In this document: positions 13,855-27,005 of the stretch, one piece after another
Layout: the number at the start of each line of letters is the position of its first letter
Numbering within the stretch: position 1 is the first letter of the stretch
From: Octopus vulgaris
Lineage: Eukaryota
NCBI GenBank assembly: GCA_951406725.2
Contig: OX597815.1
Location: forward strand, 44,702,001-44,766,000
DNA length: 64,000 nucleotides
Reading direction: 5' to 3'
Notes under the pieces: generated by a model
What the model saw: only the letters and a program-made list of their open reading frames with translations
Database searches by the model: none
Told to the model about the DNA's origin: nothing
Made by a program: the position numbers and the translations under genes

Positions 13855-14155
13855 ACTGACACACCATTGGTTACGATTACGAGGGTTCCAGTTGATCCGA
13901 TCAAGCTGCTCGTGAAATATACGTCCAAGTGGCTGAGCACTCCACAGATACGTGTATCTTTAATGTAGTTCTCAGGGAGATTCAGCGTGATACAGAATGT
14001 GACAAGACCGGCCCTTTGAAATACAGGTACTGCACATTTTTGCCAGCTGAATGGACAGGAGCAACGTATCTTGCTCAAGGATACCACGCGCCGCCGGGAA
14101 TTGACCATACGATCAGCAGTCGAATACCCTAAACACCAAGCCATGCGCCTTCACA
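13855..14155 (-). mobile_element. SINE family C copy (tRNA-like head, CORE-like ttgagcaaga domain)
   Basis: Reverse complement has head gaaggcgcatggcttggtgtttagggtattcgac, then ttgagcaaga and tail ctgaatctccctgagaactac...gagtgctcagccactt...gaaccctcgtaatcgtaacc. Homologous to 16425-16750 and 62657-62985. Confidence 0.8.
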
Positions 14156-14627
14156 ACTTTACAAATTCAACGTCTGAAAATATAGTGGCATGGTTGCAGC
14201 TAGCAGGACATTTGACTCTAAGTTTGTTGGATCAGAACTGAATTAAGGTTAAATAAGAACAACAATGACATACATAAAGTGCAATTTAAATGTTGTGTTG
14301 TTATTGTGACCAAGTTTGGGATGGTCAGATATTGTTGTGGGAGACAGATATAAGAGCTATTGACAATCATTCTCATAATCTCGTCTGAGATTGTGCAAGG
14401 ATGAAGAGGTGGGACAAGTCAGGAAAAAATTAAGTTGAGAATAGGAAATGGATTGAATTATGTTCGTATGTATGTTAGTGTCTATGTGCGTGTTCCTATT
14501 CACCCAGTAGTCTACACAGAAATCAGTAATTATATGATACTGTGGCATCATCAACTGTTCATTCACCAGGGTGTTTCCAATTTTCTTTTTTATATCTTGT
14601 ACATCTTAATATTGTTTTACTCCTATG

Positions 14628-14900
14628 TGTCATAGTGAGTAAACTTCTACGCATATCTTCTTTCACATGTTCAGTCTTTCGTTTCTCTGTTACGGTATAT
14701 ACTAGTGGCAAGAAATATGTGGCCTTTTAGTCATTCACATGTGGTATTATGGAAAGAATACTTGATTTTGTCACAATGAGTAAACTCCTGCGAATATCTT
14801 CTTTCATATATTCAGTCTTTCTTCTCTGAATTACGGTATATACAGGTGGTAAGAAACATGTGGCCTTTAAGTCATTCAAATGTGGCATTTACACAAAGAA
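14628..14900 (+). repeat. Diverged tandem duplication, period 141 bp
   Basis: gagtaaact...gtatatac.....g.aagaaa.atgtggcctt..agtcattca.atgtgg occurs at 14637 and 14778. Confidence 0.8.
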
Positions 14901-15194
14901 GATTTAATTTTTGCATGACGAAATTTTTGCATGACGAATTTTGCTCAACAGTATTTATAAACATTGAATATTCTTTTAATCTTAATATGATCGAATCTTC
15001 AAGACTAGTTTATTGTCTCTATCTCCCGAAACACTAGGTTACTGAATATAAAGTAGGACATAAACGGATTACACATGTTTAGTGTTCTTAAGTGGTGTGA
15101 AGGTAAACACGAACACACACACACAGAGTTATATTTACAATATATAGATTAATAACATCCACTTCAAGCGAGTAATAAATATTCTTTTCTACAA

Positions 15195-15352
15195 TAGGCA
15201 CAAAGCCTGAAATTTGTGGGAATTGGGCCAAATGTTTACATCGACGCAGTGCTCAAGTGATAGTTAATTTATCGACACCGAAAGGGATGTAAGTCGAAAT
15301 CAGCATCGGCGGAATTTGAACTCAGAACATAAAGAAGGACGAAATACCGCTT
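15195..15352 (-). mobile_element. SINE family A copy
   Basis: tttatcgacaccgaaaggg...ggcggaatttgaactcagaacataaag...gacgaaataccgct. Confidence 0.75.
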
Positions 15353-15454
15353 ATATATTTATATATTTATATATATAACGACGAGAATCTGTATGGATTC
15401 CGTACAAATTTCAGTTGATTCGAAGCTTTAGTAGAAGACACTTGCCTATCTATC

Positions 15455-15561
<107 letters not shown>

Positions 15562-15573
15562 CATATATATATA

Positions 15574-15631
<58 letters not shown>

Positions 15632-16246
15632 AACTTGACATGGGCGATTCTTTCTTGTGTTGGGATTATTCACGGTCAAACGGCAGGATGGAATTGCGCG
15701 AAAAATTACACAGATGTGTAGAACGATCCGGTCGTGATCCTGAGCTTTGTCTTTCTTTATAGTTCCCATGGGTACCGAGATAATCTACTATAATAATACT
15801 CTTGTGGTTATGAATGAAAAGGAAGGGGTGATAGATGAATAAGGAAGGAAGGGGTGATGTCATACTTGGTAGTGGGATGATGAAAATTGTACGCTGAAAA
15901 AGTAAATCAAACAGCGTTTCAATCCTGTGTGAATATATGTGCGTGTATGTAAAAGGGAGGTGTATGTGAATGTGTGTGTATGGTTGTTTGTGTGTGTGCG
16001 TGTGTGCGCAATGGAAGTGGGATGGTTTATTCTTGTTCGCTTAGTATTTGGGTTTATTTTTGATTTGGTTGAATCTTGGTTGGTTTTTTTTTTTTTGTTG
16101 GTTAGTAATTTTTAGCGTTTTGACAGAAAAAGGTCATTCTAAAATTGTTTTTTAACGTAAGCATGACAAATAAGTCGAATGCTTTCACAGAGCAGTTTTA
16201 CACCCACATCATCAAAACCGACCGGGTGAAACCGAACTTAGCTGCT

Positions 16247-16410
<164 letters not shown>

Positions 16411-16424
16411 TACATACAGTCGTT

Positions 16425-16750
16425 AGCGCAATCGCGATTTCAATTCCCAGACCGGGCGTTATGAGTGTTTATTGTTCGAAAACACCTAAAGCTCCACGAG
16501 GCTCCGGCAGCGTGTGGTGTCGAACCCTGCTACACTCTTTCACCATAACTTTCTCTCACTCTTTCTTCCCGTTTCTGTTGTATTTGTATTTCAAAGGACT
16601 AGCCTTGTCACACTCTGTGTCACGCTCAATCTCCCTGAGAACTACGTTAAGGGTACACTTGTTTATGGAGTACTCAGCCACTTGCACGTTAATTTCACAA
16701 GCAGGCTGATCAACTGGAACCCTCGTCGTCGTAACCAACAGAGTGCCACG
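16425..16750 (+). mobile_element. SINE family C-related copy
   Basis: caattcccagaccgggcgtt...gtcacgctcaatctccctgagaactacgttaagggtacac...gaaccctcgtcgtcgtaacc. Confidence 0.75.
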
Positions 16751-16865
16751 ATATACATACATACATACATACATACATACATACATACATACATACATAC
16801 ATACATACATACATACATACATACATACATACATACATACATACATACATACATACATACATACA

Positions 16866-17045
16866 TAGGAGTGGCTGTGTGGTAAGTAGCTTGTTTACCA
16901 ACCACATGGTTTCGGGTTCAGTGCCACTGCGTGACACTTTGGGCAAGTGTCTTCTACTATAGCTTCGGGCCGACCAAAGATTTGTGAGTGGATTTGGTGA
17001 ACAGAAACTGAAAGAAGCCCGTCGTATATATGTATATATATATAA

Positions 17046-17128
<83 letters not shown>

Positions 17129-17360
17129 TGTATGTATGTATGTATGAGTATGTGTTTGTGTGTCTGTGTTTGTCCCCCCAACATCACTTGACAAGCGATG
17201 ATGGTGTGTTTACGTCCCCGTAACTTAGCGGTTCGGCAAAAGAGACCGATAGAATAAGTAATAGGCTTACAAAGAATAAGTCCTGGAGTCGATTTGCTTG
17301 ACTAAAGGCGGTGCTCCAGCATGGCCACAGTCAAATAACTGAAACAAGTAAAAGAGTATA
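16866..17360 (+). mobile_element. Full-length SINE family B (OR-like) with an internal microsatellite and a LINE-like 3' tail
   Basis: A-box-like tggctgtgtgg, B-box-like gggttcagtgcc, CORE-like ttgggcaagtgtcttc, internal (TA)n(TATG)n, tail ggcggtgctccagcatggccacagtcaaataactgaaac. Confidence 0.85.
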
Positions 17361-18547
17361 CATACATACATACATACATACATACATACATACATACATA
17401 CATACATACATACATACGTACATACATACATACATACATACATAAATACATACATACATACATACAGTGAAAATTTGTATGACATCAAAATTCTCCATCT
17501 GAGATCCTTATGTGAATGGATGCACACATTTGGGTGTATGAATGAACAGTTCAACCAACACACAAACTCAACCACATATTTACAAACAGGAACTCTCTTA
17601 ACTCAAAAAGTCTTGTCGTTTTGTTAGCACTCGGCTTGACCTCTCTCTAGAAGAATTTAAATTAAACTCAAAGATAAATCATGTATATTTATGCGTATGC
17701 CATTAAAATCTATTTTACGTTTTGATCTCTTCCTCTACTATTTATAATTATTTATAATTACATTTTCGCAATGAAGAAAATCACATTTTCCTGTATATTT
17801 GATAAAAAAACGTTCATTAATGCCGTCTTCAAATATATATAAACAAATTTCTTCCATCCTGGCGTATACAAACTATGCAATAACCCTTTTACGAACACAC
17901 CTACACGCACATATTTAAACACATCCTTACATATGCTGCCGCATATACAATTATACATTTCTGTATACATATATGTACTCACGTAGACTCATAAAACATA
18001 AACACAAACGTTCCCACCCTAAACAAGTAAACGTATATAATCATAAATCTGAAATGTCATTTCAGTGCGGTTTTGACTGTTAACTACAGTTTCAGATCTC
18101 TTAGTTCGTTCAGTTGTAGTAGATTTTAGATTTTAGTGTGTTAAATTTTGGTAATAAAACCTTAATGACTTTAATATAAGAAACTTTGGTAATAAAAGCT
18201 TCGGTATGTTATCTCTTCAAGCATCTGAATTATGAAACACATTGTATATTGTAGCTGTTGCACAATTCTTTGCATTCATTTTGTCGCTGTTAAAACTACA
18301 CTAACCATTAACCTTATTTCTGTAAAAAGAAATTCCCGATATGTAGTTTGCCTATATTAGTAGTTTTAACATATGTTTTGTGTTGGCTAGCAATTTCTTT
18401 CATTGTAAAAGTTTTATTGTATTCTAATAATTTTAATTATTCAGCAAGAAAAACAAATATTGCACATTCATATTTGATATTACTAATGGATTGCATATTG
18501 TTTTATACCGGTAACAAGAAAGACTTTGCATCATTCATTGACATATA

Positions 18548-18661
18548 GGTATGTGGTTAGACGATTGCGTGACATATTGGGCAAGTGCCTTATACTATAA
18601 CCGCTGGCCGACAAATGCCTTGTGAGTGGATTTGGTAGACGGAAACTGAAAGAAGCTCGTC

Positions 18662-18741
<80 letters not shown>

Positions 18742-18745
18742 TTGC
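18548..18745 (+). mobile_element. Partial SINE family B
   Basis: ttgggcaagtgcc...tgtgagtggatttggtagacggaaactgaaagaagctcgtcg followed by (TA)n(TG)n. Confidence 0.8.
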
Positions 18746-19732
18746 TGGCCTTGAACCAAAATTTGAAAACCATTATTATAATGATTAAATATTTTGTCGT
18801 ACATCTAGTCACAGGGACTTTATTCTACTACATACTGTAATGCAAAACAGAACAGTATTATATTGATGATACAGGTCTTAGATATACGACAGAAGACCTC
18901 GATGCATAATAATACATATCAATAATTCAACATATAACAAAAGCAAATATAGTTGTCTACATGTTACAGAAATTACTATCACGATGTAACTGCATAAATT
19001 TGAACATGATGTCATGGCAATTCCCTAGTCAAATTAACACAACCTCAAAATAATCTGGGAAGTTTTACCTAAAGCGTAAAATACACTATAACTACGATAT
19101 TAGTTGAATAATATTCTTAAGGCCGCAATTTACTCACACAGCATGTTTCAGAGCTACATTTTGGCATTAAAAATTGAGATTTATTCCAGTAGAAAAAGAT
19201 TACATCAAAATTTGTAGCAGCATTATAAGAGAGTAACTAATGCTACCAATCCAGTTTAGATCCAAATAACTTTCTTTTTTTATTTTAAAAGCAAAATGTA
19301 TGTATCTTAGCTTCAATGATAGAAGAAACCATGAATAATTTCATAGTTTTGTTCCCATGCAACGAACATTTATATCAAAAAAGTTGTGAGGTAAAATATC
19401 ATGAAGAAAAAGATAAGGCAAAAAATTGGATTTAAGTATAATTAACATTTTTATTTAAAAAACAAACTATATTTTAATTAAGCTTAAATTATAGATCTCA
19501 GTTTGAGGAATTTCATGGTATCAATCTCATGCGATGAAGTTTTAAAAGAAAAACTTTGTAAGTGTTTGCTTCTCAAATTTGAGGGTGATCATATAGTCCT
19601 ATATTTTTTATGAATATAGTTCTATAAGGGGACTTTTAATTTATGTCACCGGCGGCACTGAGGTAAGGAAAACATTTTTAACGACACTGCTAATTGAAAC
19701 ATTTGATACATTATTAATTAGCATAATAGCAT

Positions 19733-20586
19733 AACCTGGAAAAACATGGAAAAATGCAAGTTAGAGAAATACCATTCTTAAGATTATAAACTTGGAAAAT
19801 TACAGTATCAGTTATAACACTTGGAAAAGTTCAGGACAATTTATTACATCTGGTAAAGTACAGAAGAAAGTTTTTACTTAAAATATTGCAGCTAAGAATA
19901 AAATTTGAATATTAAATATTATTTTAAAAAAGGTATTATCATTTTGCTAAAATATTCACACACTAGAATACTTTAAAAAATGAGAGCCAGAAGTACTAAT
20001 ACAGCTAAAGTTTAATGCAAAGCAGAATAGTATAAATGGTAGGCAAATTCATTATGCAAAAATAGGCATTGGATCAAGATTAAACATGTGAAGACTTGGC
20101 AATAACTTAGGCAATAACTCTAGCAAATTTGTTGTTATAGGTAGATTTTACTGTAATACATAACTCAATTTTGTATTATTCTATTTATTGTACTAACTAA
20201 TTATGTACTACTATTATTCTTTATAACCTATTTTCAAATTTCTAATTATTAATTAATGATTAAAAATGGAATTTTTTAAAGTACAAAAATTATTTTGAGT
20301 TATTCTTTATTTTTAAAAGAAGTAGCAAGCAATGAAAAAAATAGAAGTAATAATAACTTGTAATAACATTTTTAGTTTTAATAAACACTAATATTTTCTA
20401 AATCTAAACATTTTATTTGAAATTTTATCCTTAGCTGCAAGATTTTAAGTAAAAATTTTCTAGTTCTGTACTTTACCAGATGTAATAAGTTGTCCTGAAC
20501 TTTTGCAAGTGTAATAACTTATCCTGTAATTTTCCAGGTTTATAATCTTAAGAATATTATTTCTCTTGATCGCAGTTTTCCATGTA
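19733..20586. mobile_element. Foldback-like element: about 170-bp inverted arms with 29-bp sub-repeats around a spacer of about 500 bp
   Basis: 19744-19915 (acatggaaaa...ttcttaagattataaacttggaaaattacag...catctggtaaagtacagaa...ttgcagctaagaataaaattt) is the reverse complement of 20415-20586. Confidence 0.75.
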
Positions 20587-20613
20587 ATATAAGGTTTGTG
20601 TAGTCTATTGAGT

Positions 20614-20940
20614 GAAGGCGCATGGCTCAGTAGTTAGAGAGTCGGTCTCACAATCATGAGGTAGTGAGTTCGATTCTCGGACCGGGTTGTGTGTTGTGTT
20701 CTTGAGCAAGACATTTTATTTCACATTGCTCTAGTTCACTCGTCGCTGGTACCAAGTTGTATCGGTATTTGCCTTTCCCTTGGATAACATCGGCGGCGTA
20801 GAGAGTGGAGACTGGCATGCATGGGCAACTGCTGTCTTCCATAAACAACCTTGCCTAAACTTGTGCCTCGGAGGGAAACTTGCTTATTCATAACTGAAAG
20901 GGATTATTCTCTTGGTTATTCATGACTGAAAGGGGTCTAT
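20614..20940 (+). mobile_element. SINE family C variant
   Basis: A-box tggctcagtag, B-box gagttcgattc, then ttgagcaagacattttatttcacattgct. Confidence 0.8.
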
Positions 20941-22057
20941 TGAAAAATTGATTGTTTGAATAAATATATACAATGCATTCATATTTTGTATAGAAAATCT
21001 TAAGAAAATTTATAATGCTTTATGCCAACTCATTATTCAGATTGGTCGCCTACTACAAAAAATACATACTCATCATAGAAGACCGCATCAGCCTTGAAGG
21101 TGGGAGCTATGTTTCTTAAAAGTAAATACAGAAATAAATGATAATGTTGCAACGATGTGTCCAAAAATCTAACACCATTCAATTCTACCATACTTTTCAT
21201 ATATATTGTTGTGCCTTATTTATGGGAGAAACGAGTAGTAAACTTGATTAGAACGAACAGATATACTGGCAATAACAGTTAACTCCTCTCTATTAGGTTT
21301 CCTTATCTTCTGCTACACTGAATTATATAATTGACTATTCTTGCCAATGAATATATATAATTACAAAATAAATTGCAAATTGTGCAAAATAAACATCAAG
21401 ATCCTAAAATTTGTAGCATGTCAAACATCAACATAATAAACCAAAATGTCTGACACCCTTTTCATGATAATGTATATATCATGTCATCATGGCCCACAAA
21501 ACAACAAATTCACCTCTCAGCTCATTGATCGAAAGAAAGATAGTATAGCTCTTATTGAGTTACATAGTTATCTCTAATAATCTTGATAAGTACACTTACT
21601 TAAAAATTGGGTTCCGAGGTGTATTGTTTCATCCCAGATATTTCGGTTACAGAGTAAGTAGTTGAACTGCTTACTTTCGTGTGATCAAATCATGCAGCTC
21701 CATGGTTTCTAATATATATGGTATAAGAAGAGATTCCTCAAAATATCATTTATACACTAGCTCAATCTTTCAATCTCAGGGCTGTCTTCACCAGTCTCTT
21801 GATTATTTCACTAAGGTCCACTGATTGTTTTTCATTGATAGTACAAATATCTTATGAAGAAACTGGGAGGGAAACGTTTATGCTTTTCGAGAAAGATCAG
21901 TGGTATCATTACAGTGAATTAATTTCGATTGAGTTGAGGGCTAACACTACATCACAGTTTCGATTGACTAAGGTCTAATATTTTGAATAATATTTTGAAT
22001 TGCAGCATTCATCAATGTCCGGGGAAATGATCATACCCTGATAGTTTTCAGACTTTG

Positions 22058-22272
22058 ATTTGAAATTTTGGTACAAGCCCAGCAATTTTAGGGGAGTGGA
22101 TAAGTCGATTATGTCGACCCCAGTATTCAACTGGTACTTGTTTTATCGACCGCAAAATGATGAGAAGCAAAGTCGACGTCGACGGAGCTTGAACTCAGAA
22201 CGTAAAGGCGGACGAAATGTTGTAAATCATTTTGCACGGTGTGCTAATGGCTCTGCCAACTCACCTAGTTAA
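22058..22272 (-). mobile_element. SINE family A copy
   Basis: ttgaaattttggtacaag...ttttatcgacc...caaagtcgac...tgaactcagaacgtaaaggcggacgaaa...tgctaatggctctgccaactc. Confidence 0.8.
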
Positions 22273-22809
22273 AGAAATATTGTCTCCATAAATGACACCC
22301 GTGAATCTAAGTACAATCCATGCGAAAAGTTTCAATATAGTTCCTGCCTACTCAGTTTCACTCACAGTTCTTGGCTTACCCACTTTGTAGAAGAACACCT
22401 GCCCAACATACTGCGCAGTAACTTTAGACTTGGTACTAGGTAACCGCTAAATAAACTTATTAACTACACATCCAAGTCAAAGATTGCGAATGACACGAAT
22501 CATCGTTACCGACTCCTTGAAAATCTTTGCAGCAGGACACATTTTGGGATAATTCTCTTATTATGATATATCAAATAATCTTTGTAGTTTCTAAAATATT
22601 AGAAACCATTTCTTTTAAAAATCAACAATACTGCATAATACTGGTGAATTCTTTCTGTCAGTTCGTGTTTCTGAAAAACAAATTCGAATTTCATGAATCC
22701 TAATGATATGCTTTTCCATATCACCACTTCATCAATCAAAATCTCATCCTATTGATGTGTCTCTTGTATATAGCTCTATGCATACATATATATATTTATG
22801 TATGTATAT

Positions 22810-22846
<37 letters not shown>

Positions 22847-22879
22847 CATATACATGTGCGTGTGTGTGTGTGTGTGTGG

Positions 22880-24720
22880 GTGTGTGTATGTGCATATACG
22901 GTTCTCTGCATTTTCCTCCTATATATACAAATTTTGTCTCCCATATATGACTTCTTTTCCCTAAATATTTCTTCTCCTACACCCATATCCTCCCTATATA
23001 GTCTCTTTAATTCCCTATATCTATACCCTTTCACATTTCTAACTCGGATGTTGAACGCACACCGCCAAACTCCACTTCCCACCCTTCCAATTTTCAGTTC
23101 CCCCTGCCCGCCCCTACGTTTAACACACACCTCTAACTTTCAACCACCTTCATCTCATGTTAAACTTTACCAAATTATATTTTTATCTTATTTTATTTTA
23201 TTTTTATTTTTACTTTTATTTTTACTTTTATCCTACTTCCATTTATTTTTATTTTTACTTTTATTCTACTTCCATTTATTCTCATTTTTATTTTCATCCC
23301 TTACCTTAACTCTTATAATTTTATAATTCTTATATTTCATTTCTAACTATTACATTGTATTTCTTATTTTATACTGTATTTTTTATTTCTAATTTTTACC
23401 CTTACCCTCATTCTTACCCCTAACTTATCGCTTTACACCTCTATATATGTTTATTTACTTACCTATGGATCCACTTTTTGACTATACGAGCGTCCGCGTA
23501 CGTGTGTATACGCATACATACATATGCACGCGCATATATGTACATACATATTTCGATATCTTATAGCTATACCCATGTGCGCGTGTGTCTCTGTGTGTGT
23601 ATGTGAGTGTATATGTGCACGCGCATACGGACACACAGCCGTGTGTGCGTGCACGTATAGACATGAGTACGTGACTTTTTACATACGTTCTTATATACAT
23701 CCTTTAATATCTTATATCTAGACCTAGAGGCGTGGGCATATACGTGTGTGTATGTAGGGATGGGCGCGCGTATGTACATGTGAGTGTGTACGCGTATAGT
23801 GTCCGTGTATACATGCGGATATTCTGTTGTATGTATGTATGTGTACGCGCGTGCGTGTGGGTGCGTGTGTGTTTATGTACATGTTTACACGCGAGTGCGT
23901 GTGTATGCTTATAGGCTTGGAGGCGTATATGTACGCGTGTATGTGGGTGTATGTATCCATGATGATATGTATGTACTAGAAGTCCATTTAATTCAAGAAA
24001 CCAGATTAAATGCTCATCAGCTCTGATTTACAACACATTAGGTCCCCAGACGAAACTGTTGATTTACTGACAATTCTACAACTAAATTTTATCAATCTCC
24101 TGACCACCATACTTGGTCCGTAACCTCTATACATCCCTTATTTTTACATTCTTTTACATTTTTATCATGTTTTTATCATGTTTTTTTTACTTTTATTTCT
24201 ATTTCTATTTTTACTTTATAACCTTATGCCTTTACATTTATTTATATTTCTTTATATTTCTTTATATTCTTTATACCCCCTTTACATCTCCTTATAACTC
24301 TTTATATCTTTATGCTCTACATTTTTATATTTTTCTATACTTACACCTTTTATACATTTTTTATCCCTGGTCCCGAATTCTCGCCCCTCCATCTTCACGT
24401 CTATATATGTATTTATTTATTTACATTACCTCAACATCCAGTTTTCCTCATTCTACATTGAGAGAAGAAAGAGATGGACGCTTCAATTCTATGCTGCTGC
24501 CGCATTATGTCGTACGCGAATGAGAGGATTTGCATCCCCAACCAAGAATTTTTGATGTAACACATGTCCTTGTGGAAGCTGTTGTGCGCGGCTGAAGAAG
24601 GCCACAGACATACATTATGCATTGTTATAAATCTGTCTAATAAAGGCCCGAAACATATGTACCGCTGAATCCTTCGCATCATGTTTTTATTTTATTTTGA
24701 TCAATTTACTCCACCACCTA
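22880..24720 (+). mobile_element. Pyrimidine/T-rich non-coding element ending in a hammerhead (putative non-autonomous PLE derivative)
   Basis: Strongly T/C-biased plus strand with an internal decayed (TG/CA) tract and an HHR about 60 bp from its 3' end. Confidence 0.5.
24588..24665 (+). ncRNA. Type-I hammerhead ribozyme
   Basis: GCGG-CUGAAGA-A-GGCC-ACAGA...UCUGU...-GGCC-C-GAAAC-AUAU-GUA-CCGC. Stem I is GCGG/CCGC, stem II is GGCC/GGCC, stem III is the palindrome ACAUAUGU and the cleavage site is GUA. Confidence 0.75.
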
Positions 24721-24772
24721 CACCACCAAACGGTATACACAGGTGCTTATAATTATCAAGTACTCACCCCGA

Positions 24773-24845
<73 letters not shown>

Positions 24846-24919
24846 TATTTATGTGTATATATATATATATACTTATATATATATTTGTGTGCGCGTGTAT
24901 GTCTCTTTTATCTCCTTTC

Positions 24920-25295
24920 TTTTATTTCTTTCATTCGTTAAGCTTCGGCTATGCTGGGAAAGCGCCTTGAAGGGGTTAGTCAAACAAATCGACCCAAGTA
25001 CATTTTTTTAAACCCGGTACTTATTGAATTGGTCATCTTTTCCCGAACCACTAAGGCACGGGGACATGAACAAACCAACGCCGGTTGTTAAGCGATGTTG
25101 GTTTGTTTACGAACACAAGTACACACACACATTTATATACGACAGGCTTCTTTCAGTTTCCGTCTACCAAATCCACTCACAAGGTTTTGGTTGCCTCGGA
25201 ACCACAGCAGAGGACATTTTGACCAAGGTACCACGCAGTGGGATTGAGCCCGAATCCATGTGGTTGGGCAGCAAGCTTCTTACCACATCCACACT
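24920..25295 (-). mobile_element. SINE family B copy
   Basis: cggctatgctgggaaagcgcc...gacaggcttctttcagtttccgtctaccaaatccactcacaagg...caagcttcttaccaca. Confidence 0.8.
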
Positions 25296-25641
25296 TGCGC
25301 TCATTTGTCTGGTTGAATATCTATGCGCCTGTATCTGTATGTCTTTTAGATCTACGTATAACTGAATGTATAAATCTGTTTTGCAATTTTGAGGTTCCAA
25401 GTTTAATCCCACAGCTAGGTAAGCTGGGCACATGCGTTTAATGCACATATGCAAATTGGACACAGATGCATTTTCCCTTTTTTTTTCATTTCAGTCTCGA
25501 TTATATCTTAGCCTTAAGACTGATATTGAGTCGACAGAATCTGTGGTAGCCCGTAGTTGGATAGACTGTAATAACTGTATTTCAAAATGCCAGATTTGTC
25601 ACACGGTTTTTCCAGCTGACCTTGCTTGAAGATTACATTAA

Positions 25642-25697
25642 GTGTCAGTGAAATACTATGCTTACAATAAATTGTAAGCATAGTATTTTACTGATAC
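25642..25697. repeat. Hairpin with 27-bp arms and a 2-nt loop
   Basis: gtgtcagtgaaatactatgcttacaat-aa-attgtaagcatagtattttactgatac. Confidence 0.85.
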
Positions 25698-26584
25698 CAC
25701 CTAAAATAAGAATGTGTAAGCAGTTTAGTCGATCGATCAAAAGATCAATTTACCAAAGTAAATTACATGCGCGTGACAGTGTATACCTGTCTGAAGTCAT
25801 AAAATTTTCTTTCCGTGTTTTGTAGTAGTTATAACACCAGATTATTGTTTGTGTATCAATGAACCGCTTTATTTCCACTCTCAATTAATGACATTCTCTA
25901 TTTTCCAAACTGTCTCTAAAAATTTCATTTCTTTAATTATTCTGAAATCTAATCATCAGCTTAAACTCTGAAACGTAGTCATCGTCTACTATGTAGACAA
26001 CATAGATCATTACCCTATTATTCGTTTGGTTACCCAGTGTTTCGTGATAAATTGTTTGATAAAAATAGCAATAGAGCATGTATGGACAACTTTTGTTTCG
26101 AGTTCAAATTCCTGCAGTGATTGACATTGACCTTCTTTCTTGTGGAGATCCAAGAATTTAATATCAGGGATCACTTTTGTCAGTACTACTCCTCTTAGAA
26201 TGTGTAGCTAAAAATAGGTATAGATAGAGCTATTGCTCTCTATATATGAACCACTTTTCCTACCATGCTTGAACAATCGTTCCGGAATCTATTTCCCTTT
26301 AGTGTATCTTCGTAGGCTTTAACGTTCATATTTCGATTTAAAAGAAATGCATTTTTTATGACTTTTTTTGAGAGAGTCAAATCACAAGTTACAGGCGAGA
26401 GAAAATTAAATGTACATTTTGAGTTATGAGAATTAAAATATTTTTTATTCTTTAGATCATGTATACTGTTTTCATATTTCTTTTATCGACCAACATGTGA
26501 CGAAAAACGAACCTGCCTAGAAAGGAAATCAAATTAAAAAACTCAAAAACAACAGTTACCGAATCCATTATATTTGCGATAAGT

Positions 26585-27005
26585 AAGGCAATGAACTGGC
26601 AGAATCGTTACGCTGCCAGGCAGAATACTTAGCGACATTTCATCAGACTCTTTACGCTCTGCGTTGAAATGCAGTCTAGGTTGACCTTGCCTTTCATATT
26701 TCTGAGATCAAGAAAATAAGTTGAACACTTGGGTTGATGTAATCAACATCTCCCCCCAAAATTGCTGACCTTGTACCAAAATTTGACAGCGTTTTAAAGC
26801 GATGAGCTGCAGAATCGTTACCACGCTGGACAAATTTTTACTGATATTTCTTCCGGATCTTTGCTTACTTTCCACTTTCAAATGCCACTGCGGTTGACTT
26901 TACCTTTCATCTTTTCGGGGTCAATAAAACAAGTACCAGTCAAGTATTGGGGTCGATTTCATCGACTTCTACCACCTCTCAGAATTGTTGGCCTTGTCCC
27001 ATACT
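26585..27005 (+). mobile_element. Head-to-tail dimer of SINE family A
   Basis: Two units aaggcaatgaactggcagaatcgtta...ttgtaccaaaatttga and aaagcgatgagctgcagaatcgtta...ggccttgtcc. Confidence 0.8.

Noticed and set aside
21560-22050. Possible decayed PLE C-terminus (EESLLI on the minus strand)
   Set aside because: A single short motif, with no GIY-YIG or RT motif recovered.
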